From the NCBI GenBank assembly GCA_964398355.1, contig CAYNMM010000082.1:711-64710 (forward strand): 64,000 bases of DNA, in the 5' to 3' direction. Shown one piece after another: positions 11,296-21,728 of the stretch. Numbering within the stretch: the stretch's first letter is position 1; every line of letters begins with the position of its first letter. The DNA is from an uncultured bacterium. Lineage in GTDB: Bacteria; Hydrothermota; Hydrothermia; B15-G9; WFZT01. Below the pieces are notes generated by a model. It was not told the origin of the DNA. It saw only the letters and a program-made list of their open reading frames with translations, and did no database searches. The position numbers were made by a program, and so were the translations under genes.

Positions 11296-13631
11296 ATGTT
11301 TTCAGTGGTCTTTCTTAGTTCCCTTGCATGGGCATAAAATTCTTTGAGGCTCATGCGCTTCATAAAGACAAGACCACGAGTTGCCCTGATTAAAGGACTC
11401 ATGTGATTATGAAAGAAACCTCTGCCAAGTAAAGTCTTTATCGCCTGATACTGTTCAGTTTGGATTTTCTGTGATAACTCAGAAAATGGCCCGTCATGTT
11501 CATAGCTCGGGAATGATGCGTCTTTTTGAGAAACAAAGGCGTTTTTGAAGGCGTTCTCCATTATTGCAAACATGTTGAGTGAGACCGGGACATAGAAATT
11601 AGATTCTGCTGGATGGAATCTGTACCATACATTTCTGTATCCAAATACGGCAATATCGTGCTTTCCACTTTCAACCTCATATCTTTTTAGTGCTTCTGCG
11701 ACTGTTTGAAGCACCTTATAATGGGTGTCAGGACCACTGGCTTCAGGATCCAGTGCTACTGTTACAACGTCAGGCTCAACCTGTCTTAAAAGATTCAGGA
11801 CAGGCATTACGTCTCTCTCAACAGTTGGTTCTTCAGTAAATATATCACCCGTATAGAACCCAAGCCTGAGGTGCTTGACCGAGTCACATCTTATGCCGAG
11901 GTATCCCCATAGACAATCTGCTTCCCATTCCCTGATCATACCCTTGAGACGCTGTATGTCCGGTGGATCTTTCTTGCCAGGATAAGTACTTTCGAAATAT
12001 GCAATTATTTCATTTATTTTGTCATCAACCTCTTTTAAATTTTCAAGACCATAGTTTTCAACAAGGTTCCTCACCATCCTTCTTGCAGTACCCTCATCCT
12101 TCATATAAGGGCTATTAGCCGCTATACCGTCAAGATATTGCCATACGTCTCTATTTCTTCCCTCGCTATTAGCTGGATCAAAATACCCCGCTTCCCACAT
12201 TTCGATAAAGTCCGGTGTAAAGAGGAACTTTCTGACTTTCTTCAGGATCTGAGTCGTGAAAGAATTAGTAACAGCGGTGAATCCTGAGGTCATGTAAGCA
12301 AAAACGTGTCTGTTTGTGGCATTACGGATGTTTCTCACAACAAAGGGTAAATACCCGAGCATAATATCATCGTGATGAGGAGAAGTGTGTAAAAAGGTTG
12401 TGTTATTGAAAACTTCCATTCCATCTCCTATCTTTTGTTTGAGCGATCTCGAGGTTTCCATGAGTAGCTCTTCAGCTGTTTTCCCGGTTCTATAAAGTAT
12501 CAATTGAGTTTCTCTGTACCTTTTGAAATCCTCCTCTGTGAGGTTACTGACCCGTTTCTTTGTTTTTAAAGCAAGGTTAATTACTATTTTCTCAATTTCA
12601 CTTTTGGATATAGAATCCTTTTGTTGGAGTAGAAGATATTGCCTTTCTTTTAAGAGTTTGGCGGCTCCAAGTGTTATGTAAAATCGGGAATTTTTCAGTT
12701 TATGGAGAGCAGTGGCTGGATATCTGATGTGCGGTTCGTTTTCAATGGCGTCTCTTACCACCTTTGCCTTTGCCTCTCCAGCAGCGAATATAATTGCAAC
12801 GGCATCTGGATTAAAAGTTATCGTCGCGAGCCCTATTGTGATCACAGGCCTTTTTCTTGCAACCTCGATGCCACCAAGGTCCACAGCAGCCGCTGCCTGG
12901 GTCTCATAATTTGTATAGGTAAGTCTCGTTGTTGAATGGTGGTCAGACCCCTTGACATTAAAAGCAATATGTCCATCAGGACCTATTCCTCCAAGGAAAA
13001 ATCCAATTCCTCCCTTTTCCCTGATTTTTTCCTCGTATTCTTCACACCATTGATCTACCGACTCAAGAACCTTCTTTTGTAATCTTTCAAGTTTGTTTGC
13101 AGGGTGTCTGTACCTTAACGAGAGATCAACTTCGTATCCTGGCCATACATCTTCAAGACTGACACCATTCGGGATGCCAATTTTGGTCGCATCAATTAGC
13201 TGGGCTCTGGATGGATCGAGTCCAAATCCATCAATATAGAATCGCTTTACATAAAAATAAAAACTATTTTCCCACAATGGATAAATGGGATAAAATTCAT
13301 CAATCTGGACAAAATGTAATCCTCTTAAATCCGGCTTCCTCGCAGTGTCCAGACCGTTGCTACCAAGGTCCATCTGGGTTTCCTTTGTGTCCCATGTAGA
13401 GAGGAAATGATTTACCCATTTTATGAAATACTCCGGAGTTTTCCCCGTGGGTAATGAGATAACTCCTTCAGGATTTTCCTGAACCCATTCCAGGAAGCGT
13501 AGGGCAGTCAATTTACCAAGCTCAGGGAAGTTATTGACCACAATCAGTCCCATCTTCTCAGTTGGTGGATAATAAAGTTTGTCAAACTTGCTATTTCTCA
13601 GCGCTATATCTTCAACTTTTGAAATTCCCAT
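11292..13631 (-). CDS. nagB: Glucosamine-6-phosphate deaminase (NagB) fused to an LmbE/PIG-L-like putative deacetylase domain (long NagB-II-like form)
   Basis: The N-terminal half has PTGKTP and GGIGPDGHIAFN deaminase motifs. The C-terminal half has the LmbE-like HTSPHHDDIMLGY motif; 779 aa. Confidence 0.75.
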   Translation of the reverse strand: MGISKVEDIALRNSKFDKLYYPPTEKMGLIVVNNFPELGKLTALRFLEWVQENPEGVISLPTGKTPEYFIKWVNHFLSTWDTKETQMDLGSNGLDTARKPDLRGLHFVQIDEFYPIYPLWENSFYFYVKRFYIDGFGLDPSRAQLIDATKIGIPNGVSLEDVWPGYEVDLSLRYRHPANKLERLQKKVLESVDQWCEEYEEKIREKGGIGFFLGGIGPDGHIAFNVKGSDHHSTTRLTYTNYETQAAAAVDLGGIEVARKRPVITIGLATITFNPDAVAIIFAAGEAKAKVVRDAIENEPHIRYPATALHKLKNSRFYITLGAAKLLKERQYLLLQQKDSISKSEIEKIVINLALKTKKRVSNLTEEDFKRYRETQLILYRTGKTAEELLMETSRSLKQKIGDGMEVFNNTTFLHTSPHHDDIMLGYLPFVVRNIRNATNRHVFAYMTSGFTAVTNSFTTQILKKVRKFLFTPDFIEMWEAGYFDPANSEGRNRDVWQYLDGIAANSPYMKDEGTARRMVRNLVENYGLENLKEVDDKINEIIAYFESTYPGKKDPPDIQRLKGMIREWEADCLWGYLGIRCDSVKHLRLGFYTGDIFTEEPTVERDVMPVLNLLRQVEPDVVTVALDPEASGPDTHYKVLQTVAEALKRYEVESGKHDIAVFGYRNVWYRFHPAESNFYVPVSLNMFAIMENAFKNAFVSQKDASFPSYEHDGPFSELSQKIQTEQYQAIKTLLGRGFFHNHMSPLIRATRGLVFMKRMSLKEFYAHARELRKTTENI

Positions 13632-14085
13632 ATTTTATCTCCGTTTGAAGTTAAAGTTTACACCCAATAATAAGCACTTTCACCTCTGGAGGGTAGGAAA
13701 TTGAGAATCCTTTGAATGTTTATGTAATCTCAGAAATGTATTCCATTTTAGAATTTCCTCTCCGTGTGAATTTATTGCATTTCTTTGCAGTTTTTTGAAA
13801 ATTAATTTTTGAGCAGTAAGATTGCTGATTATATCGGGATGGATTCTTCAGTTAGATAAGGAATGGAAGTGTTTTTAAAAATCTTTTGATCATCGTTGAA
13901 ATTACACGTATTCGTTTCATTTTCCAATTGTGGGAGGTGTAAATGTAGGACGATTTCACTCCCTGCTTTTCTCTGTAGTCTTTATAGGGAAGGTGCTAAG
14001 AAAGTTTAATTTTTCCGGGTCATTTTCGAGCCCTCTATTTGGGTTGAATTCCAAAGAGGTGGTTTTACCTTTAAAATAAAAAATC

Positions 14086-14508
14086 ATGAGAAGACTAACG
14101 GTTGTATTTGGATTAATTTTCCTTTTTGGGGTTGCCTGTCAGAATGAATCAAAGGCAGCGGGGATAATTTCTTATAGCAGGGACCCTTACATTGGGGATA
14201 TTGAACTTGCGAAACATATAATAAGTGGATATCCGTCAGGTATAACCCAGTTCTTTGATTCAGGAGATACAGTCAATATATGGATTTTATGGTCGTCATC
14301 TGTAGATTCCCATCTGGTAACAACTAAATGGTACGACCCTGATAGCAATTTTGTGGATTCCTCAAGTGTGAAAATTCCTCCTGGAGATAACATTATAACC
14401 ATATTTTCACTGAGGGTGTACCAGCGAGGAGAATGGCACGTTAATGTGTTCGTTGATAGAACAGATTTCAGGGCTGGATTAGTTTTTTACGTAGATACCC
14501 TGAGATGA
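14086..14508 (+). CDS. Hypothetical secreted protein or lipoprotein
   Basis: Signal peptide MRRLTVVFGLIFLFGVAC with a possible lipobox Cys. A 4-nt ATGA overlap joins it to the downstream sppA. Confidence 0.45.
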   Translation: MRRLTVVFGLIFLFGVACQNESKAAGIISYSRDPYIGDIELAKHIISGYPSGITQFFDSGDTVNIWILWSSSVDSHLVTTKWYDPDSNFVDSSSVKIPPGDNIITIFSLRVYQRGEWHVNVFVDRTDFRAGLVFYVDTLR

Positions 14509-15350
14509 AGAGTCCCATCTTTAAATTTCTTATTCTCATATTTATCGCTGGAGCTTTATGGCTCATTTTGAGATCATCCCCTATCCTGAGGTTGAGGGAG
14601 TCAGGAGATATCGGTGTAGTGGAGATTAAGGGGGCAATTAAGAGTTCAGATTCTCTCGTATCATGGATAAATAGACTCAGAAAAATGTCTGGAGTGAAAG
14701 GGATCCTGCTTCGTATTGATTCACCCGGAGGTGCAGTAGCTCCTACTCAGGAAATATTGGAGGCGCTGAAAAAAGTCAAAAAATCAGGAAAACCTATAGT
14801 TGCCAGTTTAGGAAATGTAGCTGCCTCAGGAGGTTATTATGTTTCTCTCGCCGCAGATAAAATTGTTGCCAATCCGGGAACTGTAACAGGATCAATTGGC
14901 GTTATTGCAGAGTTCCCGGTTGTGTACGATTTTCTAAAAAAACACGGGATAGAATTTGAAATTATAAAAACAGGTCCATTTAAAGATACAGGTACTCCAT
15001 TTCGCAAAATGAAGCCTGAAGAGAGGAAGTTGTTTAGAGATGTTTTAATGGATGTCTATGATCAATTTGTTCAGGAGGTTGCCAGTGCCAGGAAAATGTC
15101 GATAGATAGTGTTAAAAAGGTTGCGGATGGAAGAGTTTTTACAGGGAGGATGGCATTAAAGATCGGGCTTATCGACACCCTTGGCTCTTTTGATGATGCT
15201 GTTGAAATCCTGAAAAAGATGTGTGGGATAAAAGGCTCTGCACATCTTCTTTATAAGAAAAGGAAGAAGCACCTCTCACTTATTGACCTTTTACTGGATA
15301 GAGTGGAAGATAGGGTTGAGACTCCACAATTTTTATACAGGATGTATTGA
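14505..15350 (+). CDS. sppA: Signal peptide peptidase SppA (36K type, S49 family)
   Basis: N-terminal membrane anchor and an S49 core (IDSPGGAV, LGNVAASGGYYVS); 281 aa. Confidence 0.85.
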   Translation: MKSPIFKFLILIFIAGALWLILRSSPILRLRESGDIGVVEIKGAIKSSDSLVSWINRLRKMSGVKGILLRIDSPGGAVAPTQEILEALKKVKKSGKPIVASLGNVAASGGYYVSLAADKIVANPGTVTGSIGVIAEFPVVYDFLKKHGIEFEIIKTGPFKDTGTPFRKMKPEERKLFRDVLMDVYDQFVQEVASARKMSIDSVKKVADGRVFTGRMALKIGLIDTLGSFDDAVEILKKMCGIKGSAHLLYKKRKKHLSLIDLLLDRVEDRVETPQFLYRMY

Positions 15351-15352
15351 AA

Positions 15353-16656
15353 TGATTGAGAGATACTGGAAAAAAGAGATAAAAAAAATATTTACGGATG
15401 AATTCAAGTACCGTAAATGGTATGAAGTGGAGCTTGCAGTTGCAGAAGCGGAAGCATCTCTCGGCATTATTCCAGAAAGTGTGCCTGATAAAGTAAAGGG
15501 GAAAATGGAGAATGTGGATTTTACAGAGGTATCCAAAAGGGCGAAAGAAATTGAAAAAGAAGTTGATCACGATGTGATAGCATTTCTGCTGACGATTGAG
15601 GAAATCGTTGGAGAGGCAGCTCGATACCTTCACTATGGACTTACATCGTCTGATGTTGTGGATACAGCGAATTCTTTGATTCTTAAAGAAGCTCTCAAAT
15701 TAAATCTAAATGCCCTTGAAGACCTACTTGGTAGTGTAAAAAGGAAAGCGGTGAAGTATAGATATCAACCAATAATGGGGAGAACGCATGGAGTATTCGC
15801 TGAACCTACGAGTCTTGGATTGAAATTTCTCTCTTACTATTCGGCATTCCTTAGAGACAGAGAAAACCTCACAAGAGCAATTGACATGATAAGTTTTGGG
15901 AAAATCTCAGGTGCAGTGGGCAATTATTCCTTTATTTCTCCTGAAGTGGAAAAACTTGCATTAAAAAAACTCGGGTTGAAACCTGAACCGGTTTCAACCC
16001 AGATTATCCCAAGAGATAGATACGCCTTTGTCTTCAATATAATAGCAATCTCTGCAGGAAATATCGAGAGATTTGCAACAGAGATTAGACTTCTTCAGAG
16101 AACCGAGGTTGGAGAGCTTGAGGAACCATTCAGGAAAGGACAGCGCGGTTCCTCAGCAATGCCACACAAGAGGAATCCGATTAAAAGCGAAAGATTATGT
16201 GGCCTTGCAAGGCTCTTACGTGGTTATGCACACACAACTAATGAAAATATTGCACTCTGGCATGAGAGGGATATTTCTCATTCATCTACTGAGAGATTTA
16301 TTATTCCAGATGCACTATCTATTTATTACTACGCACTTAGATTATTGAAAAGTATAATTGATGACCTTGTCGTCAATATTGAGAGGATCAATGAGAATCT
16401 CGTAAAGTATGGGAAGTTTTACCTATCGGAAGCCGTGTTGCTCGCTCTCGTTAAAAAAGGAGTCCCTCGCGGTAAGGCCTATGAATGGGTAAAGGAGTCA
16501 GCACACACTGCAATGAGCACAGGTATCCCCTTTGAAGATCTTATCAGAAAAAACGAAAAAATCAGGAAACATCTCACAGACAAGGAAATTGAGAAAGCTT
16601 TAAACCACGATTATCTTAAAAACGTGGACGAAATTTTTGCAAGATTTGGCCTTTAA
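15353..16656 (+). CDS. purB: Adenylosuccinate lyase
   Basis: Matches MIERYWKKEIKKIFTDEFKYRKWYEVELAVAEA and the fumarate-lyase signature region (GSSAMPHKRNP). I trimmed the start from the ORF-track start to the ATG just after the sppA stop. Confidence 0.9.
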
Positions 16657-16657
16657 A

Positions 16658-18181
16658 ATGGATCCCGGGAAGATTGTATTAACTGGCATGATGTGCAGTG
16701 GCAAAACCACTGTGGGTAAACTACTTTCAAAAATTCTCGGTTGGACTTTTATTGATACGGATTATTTAATTGAGAAAAAGGTTGGCAGGAAAATTCCACA
16801 TATTTTTGAAATAGACGGAGAGAGAGTATTTAGACAGTATGAAAAAGAAGTTATTTCAGAAGTAGTGCGTCTAAAAAATGTAGTCATTGCAACAGGTGGT
16901 GGGGCTGTCCTTGATGAGGAAAACTTTAGATTATTACAGAAAGATTCGCTGATGGTGTATCTGCATGCAACAACAGATGAACTTGTGAAAAGGTGTAAAA
17001 AACAAGCATATTTGAGACCACTTCTTAAAGCAGATGCAGAAAAAAATATCAAATCAATTCTCAAGAAGAGAGAATCGATTTACTCACAGGTTCCGATTCA
17101 TGTAAAGACTGATAGAATAAAACCAGAACTGATAGCTCAGAGGATTCTGTATTATATTGATTTTAAGGATAAAATGAGAATTGATGGTATTGAGAATATC
17201 TTTGTAGAACCTGGGGGGATCACGAAGATCCCGGGATTTGTGGAAGGCAGACGGATTTTTGTTATTCAAAAAAAAGTGTGGAAGATTTTTAGAGATCTAT
17301 TCAGAGGCGAGGATGTTGTAATTATCCCTGATGGTGATATAGCTAAAGGGATGGGGGTTGCAAAAAAATTATATAAATCTTTGATGAAATCAGGTATAGA
17401 TAGGGATGGAACTCTTGTGTCTGTAGGTGGTGGAGCGGCTTCAGACCTTGGAGGATTTGTCGCTTCGACTTACAAGAGAGGGATCAGGTTTGTAAATGTT
17501 CCCACGACTTTACTTTCTCAGGTAGATGCTGGAATAGGAGGCAAAAATGCATTGAATTTTGGAGGAGTAAAAAATGTTATTGGAACATTTTACCACCCAC
17601 TCAGAGTCTACATTGATCCTTTGACCTTGATTTCTCTCGATTCACGCGCGTACAGGCAGGGATTTGCAGAGATCATAAAATCTGCCATCATCGGGGATCC
17701 TCCCCTCATTGATTTTCTTGAAAAACACACAGAAGAATTACTCAACAAGAATATCCCCCTACTTTCTCAGGTCATTTATAGAACTGTTAAGATTAAGATG
17801 AATATTGTTAAAGATGATTTTGAAGAAAGATCAGGTAGAAGAAAACTACTTAATCTCGGACATACATTCGGACATGCCTATGAAGTTTCTCTGGGTATTT
17901 ATCATGGAGAAGCCGTGGCACTTGGCCTTGTTAAATCTCTTGAAATAGGGATGAAACTCGGATTCACTGACCAGAGATTTGCGAGCAGGATCATAACCCT
18001 TCTTGATAAGTTTAAATTGCTGAATAAACTATCAGATGTAGAAAGTCTTGATCGAGATTTACTGGCTGAAAAAATTGCCCACGATAAAAAGATGAAAGAC
18101 GGAAAAATTGATTTCGTGATCCCGGTGTCACCGGGCAAAGTTATTATCAAGTCTCTGACCATAAATGAAATTTTTGCCTGA
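16658..18181 (+). CDS. aroKB: Bifunctional shikimate kinase / 3-dehydroquinate synthase (AroK-AroB fusion)
   Basis: N-terminal ~170 aa with Walker A GMMCSGKTTVGK (shikimate kinase). A DHQ synthase core follows (GGGAASDLGGFVASTYKRGIRFVNVPTTLLSQVDAGIGGKNALN, metal-binding HTFGHAYE). It is a single 508-aa frame. Confidence 0.85.
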   Translation: MDPGKIVLTGMMCSGKTTVGKLLSKILGWTFIDTDYLIEKKVGRKIPHIFEIDGERVFRQYEKEVISEVVRLKNVVIATGGGAVLDEENFRLLQKDSLMVYLHATTDELVKRCKKQAYLRPLLKADAEKNIKSILKKRESIYSQVPIHVKTDRIKPELIAQRILYYIDFKDKMRIDGIENIFVEPGGITKIPGFVEGRRIFVIQKKVWKIFRDLFRGEDVVIIPDGDIAKGMGVAKKLYKSLMKSGIDRDGTLVSVGGGAASDLGGFVASTYKRGIRFVNVPTTLLSQVDAGIGGKNALNFGGVKNVIGTFYHPLRVYIDPLTLISLDSRAYRQGFAEIIKSAIIGDPPLIDFLEKHTEELLNKNIPLLSQVIYRTVKIKMNIVKDDFEERSGRRKLLNLGHTFGHAYEVSLGIYHGEAVALGLVKSLEIGMKLGFTDQRFASRIITLLDKFKLLNKLSDVESLDRDLLAEKIAHDKKMKDGKIDFVIPVSPGKVIIKSLTINEIFA

Positions 18182-18193
18182 TAGGAGGTTCTC

Positions 18194-18625
18194 ATGAAAA
18201 TTGCCGTCATAAATGGGCCGAATTTAAATCTTCTCGGGGAAAGGGAACCTGAGATTTATGGAAATATGACACTCGAGGACCTGAAAAAGATGCTAATGGA
18301 AGCTGCTGAAGGGAAAGGAGTGGAAATTGAATTTTTTCAATCAAATAGTGAGGGAGAAATTGTAAGTTTTATCCACAAAGTTATTGGTAAAGCACACGGG
18401 TTGATTATAAATCCAGGTGCATATTCTCACTACAGCATTGCCATATTTGATGCGCTTAAAGCCTTTCCTGGTAAAATTGTAGAAGTCCATATAAGCAACA
18501 TATTTGCCAGAGAAAATTTTCGGCAGAATCTTGTTACTGCGAAGGCAGCAGATGCCGTAATAGCTGGTATGGGATTTGACTCTTACGTTTTTGCACTTTT
18601 TTATTTGCTTGATGAACTTTCCTGA
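18194..18625 (+). CDS. aroQ: Type II 3-dehydroquinate dehydratase
   Basis: MKIAVINGPNLNLLGEREPEIYG...HISNIFARE, typical of type II DHQase; 143 aa. Confidence 0.9.
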   Translation: MKIAVINGPNLNLLGEREPEIYGNMTLEDLKKMLMEAAEGKGVEIEFFQSNSEGEIVSFIHKVIGKAHGLIINPGAYSHYSIAIFDALKAFPGKIVEVHISNIFARENFRQNLVTAKAADAVIAGMGFDSYVFALFYLLDELS

Positions 18626-19518
18626 CAACTTTTGAGAATTGCGTGTCTGAATCCTCTGTCACTCACTATGAGCTCATTTATCCCGGATAATCGTAAAATG
18701 GAAAGGACGATTATCAAACCCGGGATGATCAACTCAGCCCTTTCCGGCTGAAGCCCCGCTATTATTTTTCTGTACTCTATTGGTTGTGAAGCCAGGATTT
18801 TAAGTATGTTTATAATCTCATTGACTTGAACTTTTAGACCATGTACTTTATTTCTATCGTATTCCCTTAGTCCCAATTTAATTGCGGCGAGATTTGTGAC
18901 TGTTCCGCCAATTCCGACTATAACCTCCGCATCTAAAAGAGGAAAGGATTTTGAAAGTATATTCATGGTTAACTTTTCCAACTTTTTTAATTGGTCTTCA
19001 GATACTGGTTTTCTAAAATCAATTTTTGAAGTTTCGAGGAGTGTTAAGGCGCCTAAATTAATACTCTTCAGATACGCCGGATTTCCATTTTCCCCCACGA
19101 TGATCTCTGTACTTTTACCACCTACATCAAAAACTTCAATATTTTGTTTCTGGATTTGCAGACTCGATATTGCGGCTTCAAAAGATAGTTGCGCTTCCTC
19201 TTTACCACTTAAAACTTTAATATTTAATCCGCATTTTTCCTTAACTTTCAAAAGAAAGACGTCCCTATTTTTTGCCATTCTCAGGGCCATTGTACCGACA
19301 GCTATTATTTTTTCGGCACCATGTTCGATGGCGAGTTTATAGAATTTACAAGTTGCATTTACTGTTCTTTCCATGGCTTCTGGCCGGAGATATGAGGATT
19401 CACCAAGTCCTTCACCAAGTTTTGTAACCCTATCGAGATCAAGGATTATCCTCCCCTCATCATCAGATACAGTTAATAGTACAGAATTCGACCCAATATC
19501 AATTACAGCACATTTCAT
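18601..19518 (-). CDS. ppx: Ppx/GppA family phosphatase (exopolyphosphatase / pppGpp phosphohydrolase)
   Basis: N-terminal MKCAVIDIGSNSVLLTV actin-like ATPase-fold motif typical of Ppx/GppA; 305 aa. Confidence 0.8.
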   Translation of the reverse strand: MKCAVIDIGSNSVLLTVSDDEGRIILDLDRVTKLGEGLGESSYLRPEAMERTVNATCKFYKLAIEHGAEKIIAVGTMALRMAKNRDVFLLKVKEKCGLNIKVLSGKEEAQLSFEAAISSLQIQKQNIEVFDVGGKSTEIIVGENGNPAYLKSINLGALTLLETSKIDFRKPVSEDQLKKLEKLTMNILSKSFPLLDAEVIVGIGGTVTNLAAIKLGLREYDRNKVHGLKVQVNEIINILKILASQPIEYRKIIAGLQPERAELIIPGLIIVLSILRLSGINELIVSDRGFRHAILKSCQESSSSK

Positions 19519-19768
19519 TGAGATTAATTTTAATAGCTGGACTTATTATCTTTCCATTAATCTTTGGAGAATTTTTGAAAAATTTTATTTTCGACGGGGA
19601 ATTTCCTCTTCATCCTGCTTATTCGAATAAGTAATTACATATTTATTCCACCCTCCCACGCCTTATTGTTTTTAAAATGGGATTTGAAAAAACGGTTATT
19701 TTCCAAAATATCTCCTCACCCCCTCATTAACCATTGAAATAGCAAGATCTTGAAGTCATAATTTTTAG

Positions 19769-20575
19769 GTGACGGATCTTGAACATTTTCTTGTACTTTT
19801 GCATAGTGTTCCAGGGATTAGAGATAGAACAATTTATAAAATCCTCAAGTTCCTTTATTTTGAAGGAATTTCCCCAACACGTTTCCTTGAATTTGATGAA
19901 AACACTTACCAAAAAAGAGTTGGACTTTCTCGTGTATCTTCATCCGTACTCGCTAATAATCTTGTAAAGTTACTGGATAATACCCAAAAGCTCGTTGACA
20001 AAATGGAGGAGAGGGGGTTCAAAGTACTTTCCATTTTTGAAGAAAGTTATCCATCAAAATTGAAAAAATACATGGAAAGCCCTCCACCGATACTATACAT
20101 CCGTGGTGATATAAAATTGTTAAGTGAGGAATTGCTTGCTCTTTTTAATTCACGTAACAGTAGGATTGCTTGTAATAAACTGGCTATAAAAGTGGCCAAA
20201 AGATTCGGTAACGCAGTAATTACTGGTCTTTATGGTAAGAATTATTCTTTCAGAGATTACATTGAATCAAAACTTATTGGGATTTCCGACAGGGGAATTT
20301 TACAAATTTCAAAGAAAAAGCTTGATAGATTTGATCTGGTAGTTACATTCTCCGGCCTGGATGATATGGGGACCCCCTCATCTATGGTTTACAGAGACAG
20401 AATGATAATGTCTCTTGGAGATATTATTGTCGGTTTATGCATAAGAGAAGGTGGGAATATGGTAGATCTGTTTAAAAAGGCCCTCAAAATGGGTAAGAAG
20501 GTGTTTGTTCTTGAAAACGAAATTGGTGGAAATATAGAATTACTGAAACTCGGCATAAGGCCTTTAAAAATATAG
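19769..20575 (+). CDS. Divergent DprA/Smf-like (SLOG-fold) protein with a degenerate active-site motif
   Basis: PPILYIRGDIKLLSEELLALFNSRNS matches the start of the DprA Rossmann domain. The downstream GID motif is not conserved; 268 aa. Confidence 0.45.
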   Translation: MTDLEHFLVLLHSVPGIRDRTIYKILKFLYFEGISPTRFLEFDENTYQKRVGLSRVSSSVLANNLVKLLDNTQKLVDKMEERGFKVLSIFEESYPSKLKKYMESPPPILYIRGDIKLLSEELLALFNSRNSRIACNKLAIKVAKRFGNAVITGLYGKNYSFRDYIESKLIGISDRGILQISKKKLDRFDLVVTFSGLDDMGTPSSMVYRDRMIMSLGDIIVGLCIREGGNMVDLFKKALKMGKKVFVLENEIGGNIELLKLGIRPLKI

Positions 20576-20583
20576 TTTTTAGC

Positions 20584-20612
20584 TTGACAATTGGGTTTTA
20601 TGAATTTAAAAT
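20584..20612 (+). promoter_or_regulatory. Sigma-70-type promoter upstream of exbB (TTGACA-N17-TAAAAT)
   Basis: TTGACAAT at 20584-20591, a 17-nt spacer, then TAAAAT at 20607-20612, about 40 nt upstream of the exbB ATG. Confidence 0.55.
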
Positions 20613-20650
20613 GGACTATTGCGAAAAACAAAACTCAAGGAGGTTAGATA

Positions 20651-21289
20651 ATGCAAGGACTTGTTGAATATTTCAATAAGGGCGGTTCAATGATGTGGTT
20701 ACTCCTCATCCTGGCTATACTTGGAACCGTAATCATCATAGAGAGAATCATCACATTGCTCATTAAAGCAAGCACTAACCCAAGAAAACTTGTGGAAAAA
20801 GTCAAGACATTAATAGAAGAAGATGGCATTGATGCCGCAGTTGAATATTTGCAGAAAAATAAAAAGCCTATTGCAAAAGTTTTGCTTGCAGGACTTGAGA
20901 AAGTTCATAGGGGGAGAACAGTTGTTGAGGAAGCTATGGCAGCAAAAGCTTCCGCAGAAATGGGTTTTCTTGACAGAGGCATGATCTATCTTTCAGCAAC
21001 AGCGACCCTTGCACCAATTATCGGATTCTTGGGAACTGTTACTGGAATGATCAAAGCATTCCAGGCTATAGCACTTGCTGGTGAGGTGGAGCCAACACTG
21101 GTGGCTTCGGGTATTTCTGAAGCATTGATTACAACGGCTTCAGGTCTTTTAATAGCAGCTCCAGTATCTCTTTTTTATGCAATTTTCCAGTCAAAAATTA
21201 ATGGATATTCCAGGGCAACTGAAGAAGCTGCCAACGAACTTATTGAGTATTTACTCGAAAAAGAATATATTAAAGAAGAAAAAGCCTGA
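20651..21289 (+). CDS. exbB: MotA/TolQ/ExbB proton-channel family protein
   Basis: 212 aa with three transmembrane helices and the MotA/TolQ/ExbB C-terminal core (ALITTASGLLIAAPVSLFY). Confidence 0.85.
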   Translation: MQGLVEYFNKGGSMMWLLLILAILGTVIIIERIITLLIKASTNPRKLVEKVKTLIEEDGIDAAVEYLQKNKKPIAKVLLAGLEKVHRGRTVVEEAMAAKASAEMGFLDRGMIYLSATATLAPIIGFLGTVTGMIKAFQAIALAGEVEPTLVASGISEALITTASGLLIAAPVSLFYAIFQSKINGYSRATEEAANELIEYLLEKEYIKEEKA

Positions 21290-21303
21290 GGGAGGTAATA
21301 AAA

Positions 21304-21723
21304 TTGGCAATCTTTAGAAAAAGCAGGCCTCCTGAAGAAGCTGAAATCCCGACTGCTTCCATGGCAGATATAGCATTCCTGCTGATCATTTTTTTCATGA
21401 CTACCACAATATTTGCAAGAGATAAAGGTCTTAAACTTGTCTTGCCTGAGAAAACAACTGAAATTGTTAAAATAAAATCAAAAAACATTATAAAAATCTC
21501 TATCAATGATCAGGGGCAAATATTTGTAGGAGATAAACAGGTCACACTTGATCAAATCCAGCCTATTCTGAAAGAGAGACTTGCGAAGAACCCCAAGCTG
21601 ATAATTCTGATTAAGACACACGAGAAGGCACCTTACGATCGGATGATTCAGGTCTTTGACCAGGTGAAACAGGTGCCAGAAGCCAAAAGAGTGGCTCTCG
21701 GTATGATAAAAGCCGGAGGTTAG
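21304..21723 (+). CDS. exbD: ExbD/TolR biopolymer transport protein
   Basis: Single N-terminal transmembrane helix (IPTASMADIAFLLIIFFMTTTIF) plus a periplasmic domain; 139 aa. Confidence 0.85.
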   Translation: MAIFRKSRPPEEAEIPTASMADIAFLLIIFFMTTTIFARDKGLKLVLPEKTTEIVKIKSKNIIKISINDQGQIFVGDKQVTLDQIQPILKERLAKNPKLIILIKTHEKAPYDRMIQVFDQVKQVPEAKRVALGMIKAGG

Positions 21724-21728
21724 AAGAG

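Noticed and set aside
15283-15352. Upstream extension of purB (MTFYWIEWKIGLRLHNFYTGCIE...) overlapping sppA by 68 nt
   Set aside because: The adenylosuccinate lyase family starts at MIERYW. The extension overlaps the sppA C-terminus in another frame. I prefer the downstream ATG at 15353.
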